Source of the DNA: Patescibacteria group bacterium
GTDB lineage: Bacteria; Patescibacteriota; Patescibacteriia; Patescibacteriales; UBA12075
Reading direction: 5' to 3'
NCBI GenBank assembly: GCA_018897195.1
Contig: JAHILH010000001.1
Coordinates: 156,565-220,564, forward strand
DNA length: 64,000 nt
Shown: positions 1 through 8,005 of the stretch, piece by piece
Layout of the letters: every line of letters starts with the position of its first letter
Position numbering within the stretch: position 1 is the stretch's first letter
Position numbers and translations under genes: made by a program
Notes under the pieces: generated by a model
Told to the model about the DNA's origin: nothing
The model's input: only the letters and a program-made list of their open reading frames with translations
Databases searched by the model: none

Positions 1-517
1 GTACTGGTGTTGAGGCACAATGAGCAATATTTTTGATAGCGTCTTTTACCTTGTCGTGAACATTTTCTTCCCAGCTGTCACTGATTGGAAAGTATAATGG
101 CTTAAACACAAATTTGTCATTTGCATAATGCGTGGCCCGGTTCAATTCTTCCAAGGGGTCATAGGCATCGCCATAAAAAGCTTGTTCATCGCCAAAAGTG
201 CCATCAGCTACTTCATCCGTCTCCTCAGTCTGAATTGGGGAGATGTTCAAGGCGACTTGCTTTTCTCCAGTCGTGTCGCCAGTGACATCATTCATTTCTT
301 TTATCTGGATAGGCGCGATATTAATGGACGTGCTTTTTTCTTCAGGTGTGTCGCCGGCATCTTTATTGATTTCCTTTGACTGGTCTGAAGAACGGCTATT
401 AAAGGCCTGATTGTTACCAAGTGGGTCATTGGCGACTTTTGTTGTCGCACAGCCGCTTAGAAATAGTAGTAAAAAGAGCAATACCGTTAAGCCAGTTGCT
501 GATAGTTTTTCCCGCAT
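1..517 (-). CDS. MlaA/VacJ-like lipoprotein, N-terminal part (gene runs off the left edge)
   Basis: My reverse-strand translation from ATG 517..515 gives MREKLSATGLTVLLFLLLFLSGCATTK, a signal peptide with lipobox LSGC. GGAGGAGG sits just upstream (521-530). Further on, DPLEELNRATHYANDKFVFKPLYFPISDSW fits the DPLExxNR...N...P...W core I recall for MlaA/VacJ. It is absent from the ORF track because it is open at the window edge. Confidence 0.6.
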   Translation of the reverse strand, partial: MREKLSATGLTVLLFLLLFLSGCATTKVANDPLGNNQAFNSRSSDQSKEINKDAGDTPEEKSTSINIAPIQIKEMNDVTGDTTGEKQVALNISPIQTEETDEVADGTFGDEQAFYGDAYDPLEELNRATHYANDKFVFKPLYFPISDSWEENVHDKVKDAIKNIAHCASTPV

Positions 518-606
518 AAAATCCTCCTCCTCTGATTATTGGTTTAAGTCAAAATGCGTGATGTTTGTATTGTATAGATTTTTTGAGTAATGTCAATTAT
601 GAACGT

Positions 607-635
607 TTGACATATTTTTCCACATATCTTATAAT
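607..635 (+). promoter_or_regulatory. sigma70-type promoter for the thrS leader
   Basis: TTGACA (607-612), a 17-nt spacer, then TATAAT (630-635). Both hexamers match consensus exactly. Confidence 0.6.
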
Positions 636-641
636 TTAAAT

Positions 642-851
642 ATACAATAAAATACTGCTTCATAGGTGATTGTTATGGCCACCAACCATATTATCAAATT
701 AACCTTGATATTCCATTCGGAACTAAGTCTAATGAGCAGACAAAAGTGGCCTTATAATTTTATAAGGAAACTGGGTGGAACCGCGAGCTACAATAACCTC
801 GTCCCAGTGCATTGATTTTTTTTGATTAATGCATTGAGATGAGGTTTTTTT
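642..851 (+). promoter_or_regulatory. T-box riboswitch leader (Thr by context) with antiterminator/terminator switch
   Basis: The T-box core ctGGGTGGaACCGCGag lies at 771-787. Antiterminator: ACTGGG (770-775) pairs with CCCAGT (803-808), CGAG (784-787) pairs with CTCG (798-801), and UGGAACC forms the bulge. Competing terminator: CCTCGTCCCAGTGCAT (797-812) pairs with ATGCATTGAGATGAGG (829-844), followed by T7. ACC codons at about 679-686 are specifier candidates. Confidence 0.75.
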
Positions 852-877
852 AAATTATAAATATTAAATACAAAAAG

Positions 878-2617
878 ATGGAAAACGAACAAGAAATTTT
901 ACGACATTCTTTGTCACACATTTTGGCAGCAGCCATAATGGAACTTTATCCGCAGGCAAAATTCGCCATTGGCCCAGCGATTGAGAATGGCTTTTATTAC
1001 GATATTGATTTCGGTGAAGAAAAAATTAATGATGCTTCTTTGGTGGCGATTGAGAAAAAGATGAAGCATATCATGAAGCAGAATTTAAAATTTGAACACA
1101 GTGAGAAATCAATTGCTGACGCGATTGCTTTTGAGATTGAACGAGGACAGATTTATAAACAAGAATTAATTGAGGATTTGCAAAAGGCGGGGGAGACTAA
1201 TGTGAGCTATTACCAATTGGGTAAGTTCGCCGACCTTTGTCGTGGACCGCATATTGAATCAAGTTTAAAGATCAAAGATGGTAGTTTTAAATTGACTAAA
1301 TTGGCAGGGGCATACTGGCGTGGTAGTGAAAAGAATAAAATGTTGACACGAATTTATGGTGTTGGTTTTGAAAATAAAGAACAATTAGAGGAGTATTTAA
1401 AAATGATGGAAGAGGCGGAAAAGAGGGATCATCGTAAACTAGGAAAGGAATTGGACTTATTTATGTTTCATGAGTATGCGCCAGGGATGCCTTTCTTTTT
1501 ACCGAAAGGAATGATTGCCTTGCAAGAACTATTAAAATTCGTTAGACAATATTCTTATGGTGCAGGCTATAAAGAAGTGCGCACACCACATCTTTTCAAC
1601 TCGGGGCTTTGGCAGGCGTCTGGGCACTGGGGGCATTACAAGGATGATATGTTTTGCATGCATCACGCGGAAGATAATATCGACATGGCAATGAAGCCAA
1701 TGAATTGCCCGGCACACATGTTGATTTTTAAGCGTGATATTCATTCTTATCGTGAATTGCCATTGCGTATTGCTGAAACATCAACACTTTACCGCAATGA
1801 AAAATCAGGCACCCTGCAAGGACTAACTCGTGTGCGTAGTTTGTCACAAGATGATACTCACATCTTTTTAACAGAGGAGCAAGTCTTGGAAGAGATTGGT
1901 GTCTTGCTGGAAAAAGTAAAAAAGATTTATCAAGTTTTTGATTTACAAATTGACGAAGTGCATTTATCAACTCGGCCTGAAAGTTTCTTGGGCGAGAAAG
2001 CAGTTTGGGACGAAGCAGAAAATTCTCTTAAAACAGCTTTGACTAAGGCTGGCTTGGAATATAAAATTAATGAAGGAGATGGCGCTTTTTATGGACCAAA
2101 GATTGATATCAAAGTAAAAGATGCAATTGGTCGTCAATGGCAATTGGCAACTGTGCAACTAGATTTCCAATTACCGCTACGTTTTGAATTAAAATACGCA
2201 GCCGCGGACGGCACCGATAAACAACCAGTTGTTATTCATCGCGCTCTCTTGGGATCAATGGAAAGATTTTTAGGAATTATCATTGAGCACTATGCCGGCG
2301 CTTTGCCTTTATGGTTGTCACCAGTGCAAGTGAAGATCTTGTCCGTTGGTGAAGGTCACATTGAGCATTGCAAAAAATTAGCGATTGAACTGGGTGAGGC
2401 GGGGATTAGGGCAGAGGTTGATGATGCCTCAGAAACAGTCGGCAATAAAACTCGCAAAGCCGTCAATGAAAAAACACCCTACATTTTAGTGGTTGGTGAC
2501 AAGGAGATGGCTTCCGAAAATTTAGCTATTCGCAAGCGGGGTGACCGAGAATTAAATGAGATGGGAAAAAAAGAGTTTATAGCGATGGTTTTGGAAATAA
2601 TTAAAAATATGAAATAG
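878..2617 (+). CDS. thrS: threonine--tRNA ligase (begins in the editing domain; no N-terminal TGS domain)
   Basis: 579-aa ORF. HSLSHILAAAIMELYPQAKFAIGPAIENGFYYD is the ThrRS editing-domain motif. Class II catalytic core and anticodon-binding domain follow. A T-box leader lies upstream. Confidence 0.97.
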   Translation: MENEQEILRHSLSHILAAAIMELYPQAKFAIGPAIENGFYYDIDFGEEKINDASLVAIEKKMKHIMKQNLKFEHSEKSIADAIAFEIERGQIYKQELIEDLQKAGETNVSYYQLGKFADLCRGPHIESSLKIKDGSFKLTKLAGAYWRGSEKNKMLTRIYGVGFENKEQLEEYLKMMEEAEKRDHRKLGKELDLFMFHEYAPGMPFFLPKGMIALQELLKFVRQYSYGAGYKEVRTPHLFNSGLWQASGHWGHYKDDMFCMHHAEDNIDMAMKPMNCPAHMLIFKRDIHSYRELPLRIAETSTLYRNEKSGTLQGLTRVRSLSQDDTHIFLTEEQVLEEIGVLLEKVKKIYQVFDLQIDEVHLSTRPESFLGEKAVWDEAENSLKTALTKAGLEYKINEGDGAFYGPKIDIKVKDAIGRQWQLATVQLDFQLPLRFELKYAAADGTDKQPVVIHRALLGSMERFLGIIIEHYAGALPLWLSPVQVKILSVGEGHIEHCKKLAIELGEAGIRAEVDDASETVGNKTRKAVNEKTPYILVVGDKEMASENLAIRKRGDRELNEMGKKEFIAMVLEIIKNMK

Positions 2618-2662
2618 ACAATATTTCAATTAGTTAATATTTGAAACAATAAAACTCAAAAA

Positions 2663-2696
2663 AGTCCGATTTTTAGCCAAAAAAATCGGACTTTTT
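2663..2696 (+). terminator. intrinsic terminator after thrS
   Basis: Perfect 12-bp stem: AGTCCGATTTTT (2663-2674) pairs with AAAAATCGGACT (2681-2692). A T-run follows. Confidence 0.75.
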
Positions 2697-2734
2697 GTAT
2701 TTTTTAATTTTGGAGTTTTTTTTGACCTTAGCTC

Positions 2735-2763
2735 TTGACAAATTTTAAAAAATAGCCTAAGAT
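2735..2763 (+). promoter_or_regulatory. candidate promoter for the 2791 gene
   Basis: TTGACA (2735-2740), 17-nt spacer, TAAGAT (2758-2763). Confidence 0.45.
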
Positions 2764-2790
2764 ATTCGATTAAATCGTTAAATTTACTAT

Positions 2791-3588
2791 ATGGAAATTA
2801 AGGAGTTTTTACAATTGTTAAACAGAAAAAAACAGACCGTCTTCTCAGTTTTGTTTTTATGCATTTTACTGATGGCTATTTCATTGTCTTTTCAGTCTTT
2901 TAAATATGAGGCTAAGTCGAAAATTTTGTTATTACAACATAATGGGGAGGCAACAGACCCATATACGGCTGCTAAATCCAGTCAGTTTATTAGTAGCCTG
3001 CTAGCGCAAGTGGTAACTTCAAACTCTTTTTTGAATGATGTGTTTGAGTCTGGATTTAATATTGATGAGACATATTTTGGCGATAATTTAAATACAAGAC
3101 TGAAGAAGTGGGAAAAAACAGCAGAGGCAAGAGCTATAAATGATACGGGCATCATTGAAATAAATATTTATCACACCGACAAGAGTCAGTCTGAGCAGAT
3201 TAATAGTGCCATTATAAATATTATCAAAACAAAGAATGGTTCGTATTATGGAAGAACAGAAGATATATCAATTAAAGTAATAAATGAGCCAATTGTTTCG
3301 GCTTGGCCAGTACGACCGAATATCTTGCTCAATCTGTTTCTGACAATTTTTTTATCATTTATGATTTCTTTTTCTTTTATCGTTTTATTCCCCGATGAAA
3401 AATACAATTTAAGTGTTTGGCCGAAAAGAAAAAAGAAAGAGAAAATTGTTGTAACAGAAAAGATTAATTTTGCGGACAAAATGAACGAAGAGAAGCCAAT
3501 GAATAAGGTAGAGTTTGCGCCCAAGGTAGATGCTTTTACAGAACGTGGCGATATTAAGAATATCTTTGATCAATCGAATACAAAATAA
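2791..3588 (+). CDS. Wzz/chain-length-determinant-like bitopic membrane protein
   Basis: The N-terminus LLNRKKQTVFSVLFLCILLMAISLSF..YEAKSKILL resembles the Wzz N-terminal domain. A second TM near the C-terminus (NILLNLFLTIFLSFMISFSFIVLF) is followed by a Lys-rich tail. The family call is from memory only. Confidence 0.5.
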   Translation: MEIKEFLQLLNRKKQTVFSVLFLCILLMAISLSFQSFKYEAKSKILLLQHNGEATDPYTAAKSSQFISSLLAQVVTSNSFLNDVFESGFNIDETYFGDNLNTRLKKWEKTAEARAINDTGIIEINIYHTDKSQSEQINSAIINIIKTKNGSYYGRTEDISIKVINEPIVSAWPVRPNILLNLFLTIFLSFMISFSFIVLFPDEKYNLSVWPKRKKKEKIVVTEKINFADKMNEEKPMNKVEFAPKVDAFTERGDIKNIFDQSNTK

Positions 3589-3652
3589 ATTTAGATTTTG
3601 AAGCTGGAAAATAATTTCAGCTTGAGAATCGAAATAATTTGGTTCTTGCTAT

Positions 3653-3682
3653 TTGACAACTAAATCAAGAAAAACATATAAA
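3653..3682 (+). promoter_or_regulatory. candidate promoter of the four-gene exported-protein cluster
   Basis: TTGACA (3653-3658), 18-nt spacer, TATAAA (3677-3682). AAGGAGG and ATG 3701 follow directly. Confidence 0.5.
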
Positions 3683-3700
3683 TGTCAAAGGAGGCGCGCT

Positions 3701-4753
3701 ATGAAAACGTTAGTGAAATGCTTGGTCGTTTTGTTGGCGCCGGTATTGCTTGGCGCTTGTGCAGCGAAGAATACGATGTATTTGCCGAAGTACGCTATCA
3801 CGGATCCTGGTAATGCAATTAGTATTCCGCATCCTATTGAGATGCAGAAAAAAGAAGTAAAGTCAGTAACAATTTGGACAGGAGTTCTTAGCCCTGATCT
3901 ATTGGTTGAAGTCATTTCCGGTAATGGGGTTTTTCCAATTATCGGTAGCGATGGAAAAAAGGAATTTTACGGATTTGCTTATTTGGTTGATTTGAATTAT
4001 TGGGGAGAGTGGATAGGTCAATTCGAAATTCAATGCTCCGAAAGCGAGGCTAAATCAGCAAAGTTTGTTCTGGTTAATCGCGATGGTGGTTTTGCCTACT
4101 CTTTGATGGGCGAGCGGATTACCACCGTCGACAAAAGTGATCCTCAGAAGAATATAAACCCTTATGATGTTGAGAAATTTGATACTGACCTCGAGGTGAG
4201 GTCAAGGTTTCTGACCGAATTTGGAATGACATTTTCTGAAGTAAACACTTCTTGGCAAAAATTTTTTTATGCCAAGGGAATTAACTTTGGCAATAGATCT
4301 GTCGTTACGGAATATGCAATTGGTTCAAGTGATTGGTTAAAAATGGTTGACAAAGTCAATCAAGATATTGAGTCAGGCAAACTAACTGCTTACAAAGTTG
4401 GTGGCGAAATTAGGATTGGAAGAATGAACTTTGATCAGTTTGCTGATAAAGCTTCAGATGTTCCTGATTTCAAGATCGGCGATCGCATTATCAAGCGTGC
4501 CGCTGTTCCAGTTGTGTCCCTAGCCTCAATGGCTATCGGGCCATTGGCAATGGCAGGTGCTGGATTTGGTGGAACGGTTTATTCTGCTAATATTGATAAC
4601 GATTGGCATGGACATACGCTTCGCAGTAAATTTTGGGGCTATGAATTGGCACCAACATTTCGCTCTGTCTGTGAGCAGTATAAAAAATTGCTTATTGGCA
4701 GAGATGAGGAAATTAGGAGATTAAAACATCCAACTCAACTATCTCGGAGATGA
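3701..4753 (+). CDS. lipoprotein, unknown function
   Basis: I chose ATG 3701, preceded by AAGGAGG (3688-3694), over the TTG at 3653 used in the ORF track. MKTLVKCLVVLLAPVLLGACAAK is a signal peptide with lipobox LLGAC. I recognise no domain. Confidence 0.75.
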   Translation: MKTLVKCLVVLLAPVLLGACAAKNTMYLPKYAITDPGNAISIPHPIEMQKKEVKSVTIWTGVLSPDLLVEVISGNGVFPIIGSDGKKEFYGFAYLVDLNYWGEWIGQFEIQCSESEAKSAKFVLVNRDGGFAYSLMGERITTVDKSDPQKNINPYDVEKFDTDLEVRSRFLTEFGMTFSEVNTSWQKFFYAKGINFGNRSVVTEYAIGSSDWLKMVDKVNQDIESGKLTAYKVGGEIRIGRMNFDQFADKASDVPDFKIGDRIIKRAAVPVVSLASMAIGPLAMAGAGFGGTVYSANIDNDWHGHTLRSKFWGYELAPTFRSVCEQYKKLLIGRDEEIRRLKHPTQLSRR

Positions 4754-4766
4754 GAGAGGAGGCAAT

Positions 4767-6275
4767 ATGAAAAAATTTTGGCAACTTTTTGCCATTACCT
4801 TGGCGGTGTTGGCAATGCCGGCATTGTCGAGTGCGGAAAAAGTTATTCATGAAGTTCAAAAAGGGGAGACGGCAAGCGGTATTGCGAAGCAATACGGCGT
4901 TACCGTCGAAAGCCTTGGCATCACTGATTCTAAGGGATGGGTATATGTCGGGCAGAAATTAACCATTTTTGACACGGAAAGAAAAGTGTCTTCTGCAAAG
5001 AAAAATTTCTCGTCCGATGAACCATTTCTCTGGAAAGTTCCTGGTGGTGACAAGTTTCGCGGTAGAGACGATGTCGCTTTCGAAAAGCTTAACTTGAGTA
5101 CGGTAGAAATTATTGAGCTCGAAAAGTTAATCGAGGCGAAAAGCTTTGACGTGTTGCCGATTTGTTATGGCGACAGATTTGAGATTATGGTTTTTGCAAA
5201 CATCAAAATTCGTGAAAATGTAATTGCAAGTTGGGACAAAAACAAGTGCCAGGCCGCTAGAATGTATAAATTGTCTAGCGGTAAAGAAGTTTGGATGCCA
5301 TTCATTTGTCGTAACTGGTCTGTTCGTGTTCCGAATCAGCCTGTTCCCGTAAAAAATGATGTGCCACCAACTTTAGACAATGGCTTTCCGCCGGCTCTCG
5401 AGGGTGGTCTTCCGCCAGCACCACCATCTGCACCAGAAGTCGGCTCTAATGGTGGTTCAAATCGTAATACCATTGATATTATAATGGGTACCGGTGCATA
5501 TGAAGATGCTCACAATTCTGGACATACAGGCGGATATGTTTGGATTAAAGGACGTGGATTTGTTTGGTCGTATGACATTGATCATGATTTAGCTCTGGAT
5601 GTCGGCATTGCTGCTTTTTATGCAGCGGGTGGCGGCAATGATCGTGGATATGATTATGACTGGAATGAATTTGTTGCCGGTCCGGCTTTTCGCTTGACAG
5701 GAAATGGTTGGGATGGAAATCTTGATCTGATGTATGGGCGATTGAATAATGAGGGCGATGTAAGTCTTTATTCTTCAAGTCAGAAGGATAATGTTTTTAT
5801 CACTTCAGTGCATTACAACGATTATCATCGGCGTCAGCAAAATGAGCTCGTGTTCCCGAAGTTTGAAGCCAACGTCGAGTATCGTCACGTCTTGAAGTCA
5901 TCGATTGATGCGAATTGGGGTGGTACACCTTTGGTGGAGACTCCCAACGATAACAATGCGGCTGAATTAACATTGACGCCTTATTTGTACGATTTTCGTC
6001 TGGATAATGGTGTTACTGTTAGCCCCTTGGTTGATTTTGGCCTGGGCTATGAAAATGGTGACAAGACTTATGCTCGTATTATGCCTGGTGCAGCCGTGAG
6101 TATTAATGATACTGACGTTCTCCAGGTGCGGGCATTCGGTTATAAGGACATGCTTGAGAGTGATAAGTCGCAAATCAGTTGGTTTGCCATTACACTCGAT
6201 CTGGGCGGGGTATACAAAGTATATCGCCGCGGGCAAATCAGCTCCGTTGATCGGAGTGAACTCGATCCTCGTTAG
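4767..6275 (+). CDS. secreted LysM-domain protein with Pro-rich linker and beta-strand-rich C-terminal domain
   Basis: GAGGAGG Shine-Dalgarno. Signal peptide MKKFWQLFAITLAVLAMPALSSA. LysM motif HEVQKGETASGIAKQYGVTVESL...VGQKLTI. Pro-rich PPTLDNGFPPALEGGLPPAPPSAP. About 270 aa of alternating aromatic/Gly-rich short strands follow. Confidence 0.8.
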   Translation: MKKFWQLFAITLAVLAMPALSSAEKVIHEVQKGETASGIAKQYGVTVESLGITDSKGWVYVGQKLTIFDTERKVSSAKKNFSSDEPFLWKVPGGDKFRGRDDVAFEKLNLSTVEIIELEKLIEAKSFDVLPICYGDRFEIMVFANIKIRENVIASWDKNKCQAARMYKLSSGKEVWMPFICRNWSVRVPNQPVPVKNDVPPTLDNGFPPALEGGLPPAPPSAPEVGSNGGSNRNTIDIIMGTGAYEDAHNSGHTGGYVWIKGRGFVWSYDIDHDLALDVGIAAFYAAGGGNDRGYDYDWNEFVAGPAFRLTGNGWDGNLDLMYGRLNNEGDVSLYSSSQKDNVFITSVHYNDYHRRQQNELVFPKFEANVEYRHVLKSSIDANWGGTPLVETPNDNNAAELTLTPYLYDFRLDNGVTVSPLVDFGLGYENGDKTYARIMPGAAVSINDTDVLQVRAFGYKDMLESDKSQISWFAITLDLGGVYKVYRRGQISSVDRSELDPR

Positions 6276-6492
6276 GCAGAGTAGTATACCGCAGTATATG
6301 TTTGAGTGATTTTAGACAAAAAAACCACTTATATTGGCGCAAAATGTGCCAAAATATAAGCAATAGGAGCGAGCAAAAGTTCGCAAATGTGATAGCAAAA
6401 GTTATCCACCTAGATGGGCAAAGTCTAAGAATATCTCAGCTTGATTTATTAGTTGACAATTATCACGTCCTGTGGTAGTTGTAGTATATAAC

Positions 6493-6529
6493 ATTGGTGA
6501 TGCATTGTAACAAACAATGCATCACCAAT
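6493..6529. repeat. perfect 16-bp-stem inverted repeat in a 370-nt intergenic gap
   Basis: ATTGGTGATGCATTGT (6493-6508), loop aacaa, ACAATGCATCACCAAT (6514-6529). A TTGACA lies at 6453-6458. Confidence 0.8.
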
Positions 6530-6646
6530 ATCTTAATTTAAAAAAAGATTTGTATTTAGTAAATTATCTTTATGATAGTTTGCTAAAAAACAGGCTCTTT
6601 TAAAATAAAGTGTGCATTTGCACAAAATCAAAGGAGGAGGTGTGTT

Positions 6647-7168
6647 ATGCGAAAAAACATCTGGTTGTTGATGTGTGTTGGTTGTTTTCTGATGTTGGTT
6701 GTCGGTGTTAGTGCTGACGAGATCCCGCCGGCCGGTAAATTGGTGACTACGGGATCTGATCCGGAGGTTGTTGTCGGCGTTGAAAACAGCGTTGCTACGC
6801 TTGGTTTTCCCCTGACGCTTGGCCAGAGAGAAAAACTGGGACACAAGTCTTATCCCTGGCAGATGTCTGTCAGCGTCGCTCGTTTCGTTGGTGACGAATG
6901 GCAACTGAAGGCCGAAGAAAAGGATCGGTACGAGGTGCAAACCGCGGCTGATAACAGTTCGCACACGATCGGGATGCAGTATAATATGCCCACCGATGGT
7001 TGCGACTGGATTCGCACCTGGGGCAAATCCAGCGCCGATTGGCTCTGGATTTCACAGTCGTCAAAATATTACCGCAAAGCTCAAAATGGCAAACCTGGCT
7101 ATGAGGCATTGGTTTGCTCCGACGGCAAAGTACATGTTGTACCCGACAATTATCCGTTGCGTCCGTAG
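6647..7168 (+). CDS. secreted protein, unknown function
   Basis: AAAGGAGGAGG Shine-Dalgarno. Signal peptide MRKNIWLLMCVGCFLMLVVGVSA/DE. 173 aa. Confidence 0.75.
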   Translation: MRKNIWLLMCVGCFLMLVVGVSADEIPPAGKLVTTGSDPEVVVGVENSVATLGFPLTLGQREKLGHKSYPWQMSVSVARFVGDEWQLKAEEKDRYEVQTAADNSSHTIGMQYNMPTDGCDWIRTWGKSSADWLWISQSSKYYRKAQNGKPGYEALVCSDGKVHVVPDNYPLRP

Positions 7169-7193
7169 GGGACACGATGGATGAAAAAACATG

Positions 7194-7230
7194 AAGGCGC
7201 TTTCAATTTCTTGAAAGCGCCTTTTTTCTT
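7194..7230 (+). terminator. strong intrinsic terminator between the third and fourth cluster genes
   Basis: Perfect 13-bp stem: AAGGCGCTTTCAA (7194-7206) pairs with TTGAAAGCGCCTT (7211-7223). Loop tttc, then T6. Confidence 0.8.
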
Positions 7231-7251
7231 CAACAGAAAAGGAGAGAAAAG

Positions 7252-7959
7252 ATGAAAGGGGTTAATATTTTCGCAGTATGTTTCTTGTTTTTCTCTTTTT
7301 TGACAGGCTGCGCAACGCAGCAACCAAAGTCGGAAAATATTCCTCAGGCAGTTTTGCCCGGAATTCCTGATGGCGCGATTCACGTGAGGGAGAAGATTTT
7401 TCGTCTTCAACCTCCGGAAGATTCATTTGATTTTGCTGTATTTTGGTATCAAATCGCCGCCTTGCATCAGGCTCCGGATGCAAATAAAAATTTGAGCGGA
7501 ATCATTGTGAAATCATGCCGCATCACTTGCATGGATAGCAACGGCAAGAAGATCTTTGAAAGAAATTTTGCCGGCGACACGCTTCTTGGTCCGGAATTGG
7601 GGGGGCTTTACGACCGTAATCCGTGGTTTAAAAGCGATAAGCACACGCCTATTTTCGCTCAGCGAGTTTTGCCCGAACAAGGCTTGGTGATCAACGCCTC
7701 GCTCGTGCCGGATAAGATAGTGCACTGGTGGACCGAACGTTTTCGCTACAACTCAAGAAACAAGTATAAAGTCGAGATGAAGGTCAAAATCATCGGCGAC
7801 ACAGCTCTGCAAATCGGCGGCGATTACTGGAAAGGAGCCTCGTCTCCTCACACCGGCTGGGACGCAGAATGTCGCGGCACAAATAACTGTGAAGCCTTTG
7901 TTTCCGAATGGTATGGTGATACTAAAGGCAAATATATCACCATCACCAAAGAGCTTTAA
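7252..7959 (+). CDS. lipoprotein, unknown function
   Basis: AAGGAGAG Shine-Dalgarno. MKGVNIFAVCFLFFSFLTGCATQQ is a signal peptide with lipobox LTGC. 235 aa. Confidence 0.8.
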   Translation: MKGVNIFAVCFLFFSFLTGCATQQPKSENIPQAVLPGIPDGAIHVREKIFRLQPPEDSFDFAVFWYQIAALHQAPDANKNLSGIIVKSCRITCMDSNGKKIFERNFAGDTLLGPELGGLYDRNPWFKSDKHTPIFAQRVLPEQGLVINASLVPDKIVHWWTERFRYNSRNKYKVEMKVKIIGDTALQIGGDYWKGASSPHTGWDAECRGTNNCEAFVSEWYGDTKGKYITITKEL

Positions 7960-7973
7960 AAAAAACCTTAACT

Positions 7974-7998
7974 AGGGCAATGAAAATTGCCCTTTTTT
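7974..7998 (+). terminator. intrinsic terminator after the cluster
   Basis: AGGGCAAT (7974-7981) pairs with ATTGCCCT (7986-7993), followed by a T-run. Confidence 0.7.
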
Positions 7999-8005
7999 AT
8001 TTTAA

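Noticed and set aside
128-379. 83-aa plus-strand ORF at the left edge
   Set aside because: It is antisense to the MlaA-like lipoprotein gene, which has a signal peptide, a lipobox, a strong Shine-Dalgarno and a family motif. The plus-strand frame has no RBS and an odd composition.
1532-2158. Three minus-strand ORFs (63-80 aa) inside thrS
   Set aside because: They are antisense shadows of a well-supported housekeeping gene, with no start signals.
3653-3700. Upstream extensions of ORF-track starts (3653 TTG, 16060 GTG, 19142, 27379 TTG, 32837, 33043, 47001, 47605, 57863)
   Set aside because: In each case the extension overlaps a promoter box, the CIRCE operator, a terminator hairpin or the preceding gene. 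An internal ATG gives a proper signal peptide, prepilin leader or family N-terminus.
6533-7175. Minus-strand ORFs of 143, 72 and 101 aa, and a plus-strand 62-aa ORF, overlapping the 6647-7168 gene
   Set aside because: The plus-strand gene has a strong Shine-Dalgarno and a signal peptide. The antisense frames are long only because this stretch is GC-rich. Their products are Arg/Ser/Pro-rich nonsense.
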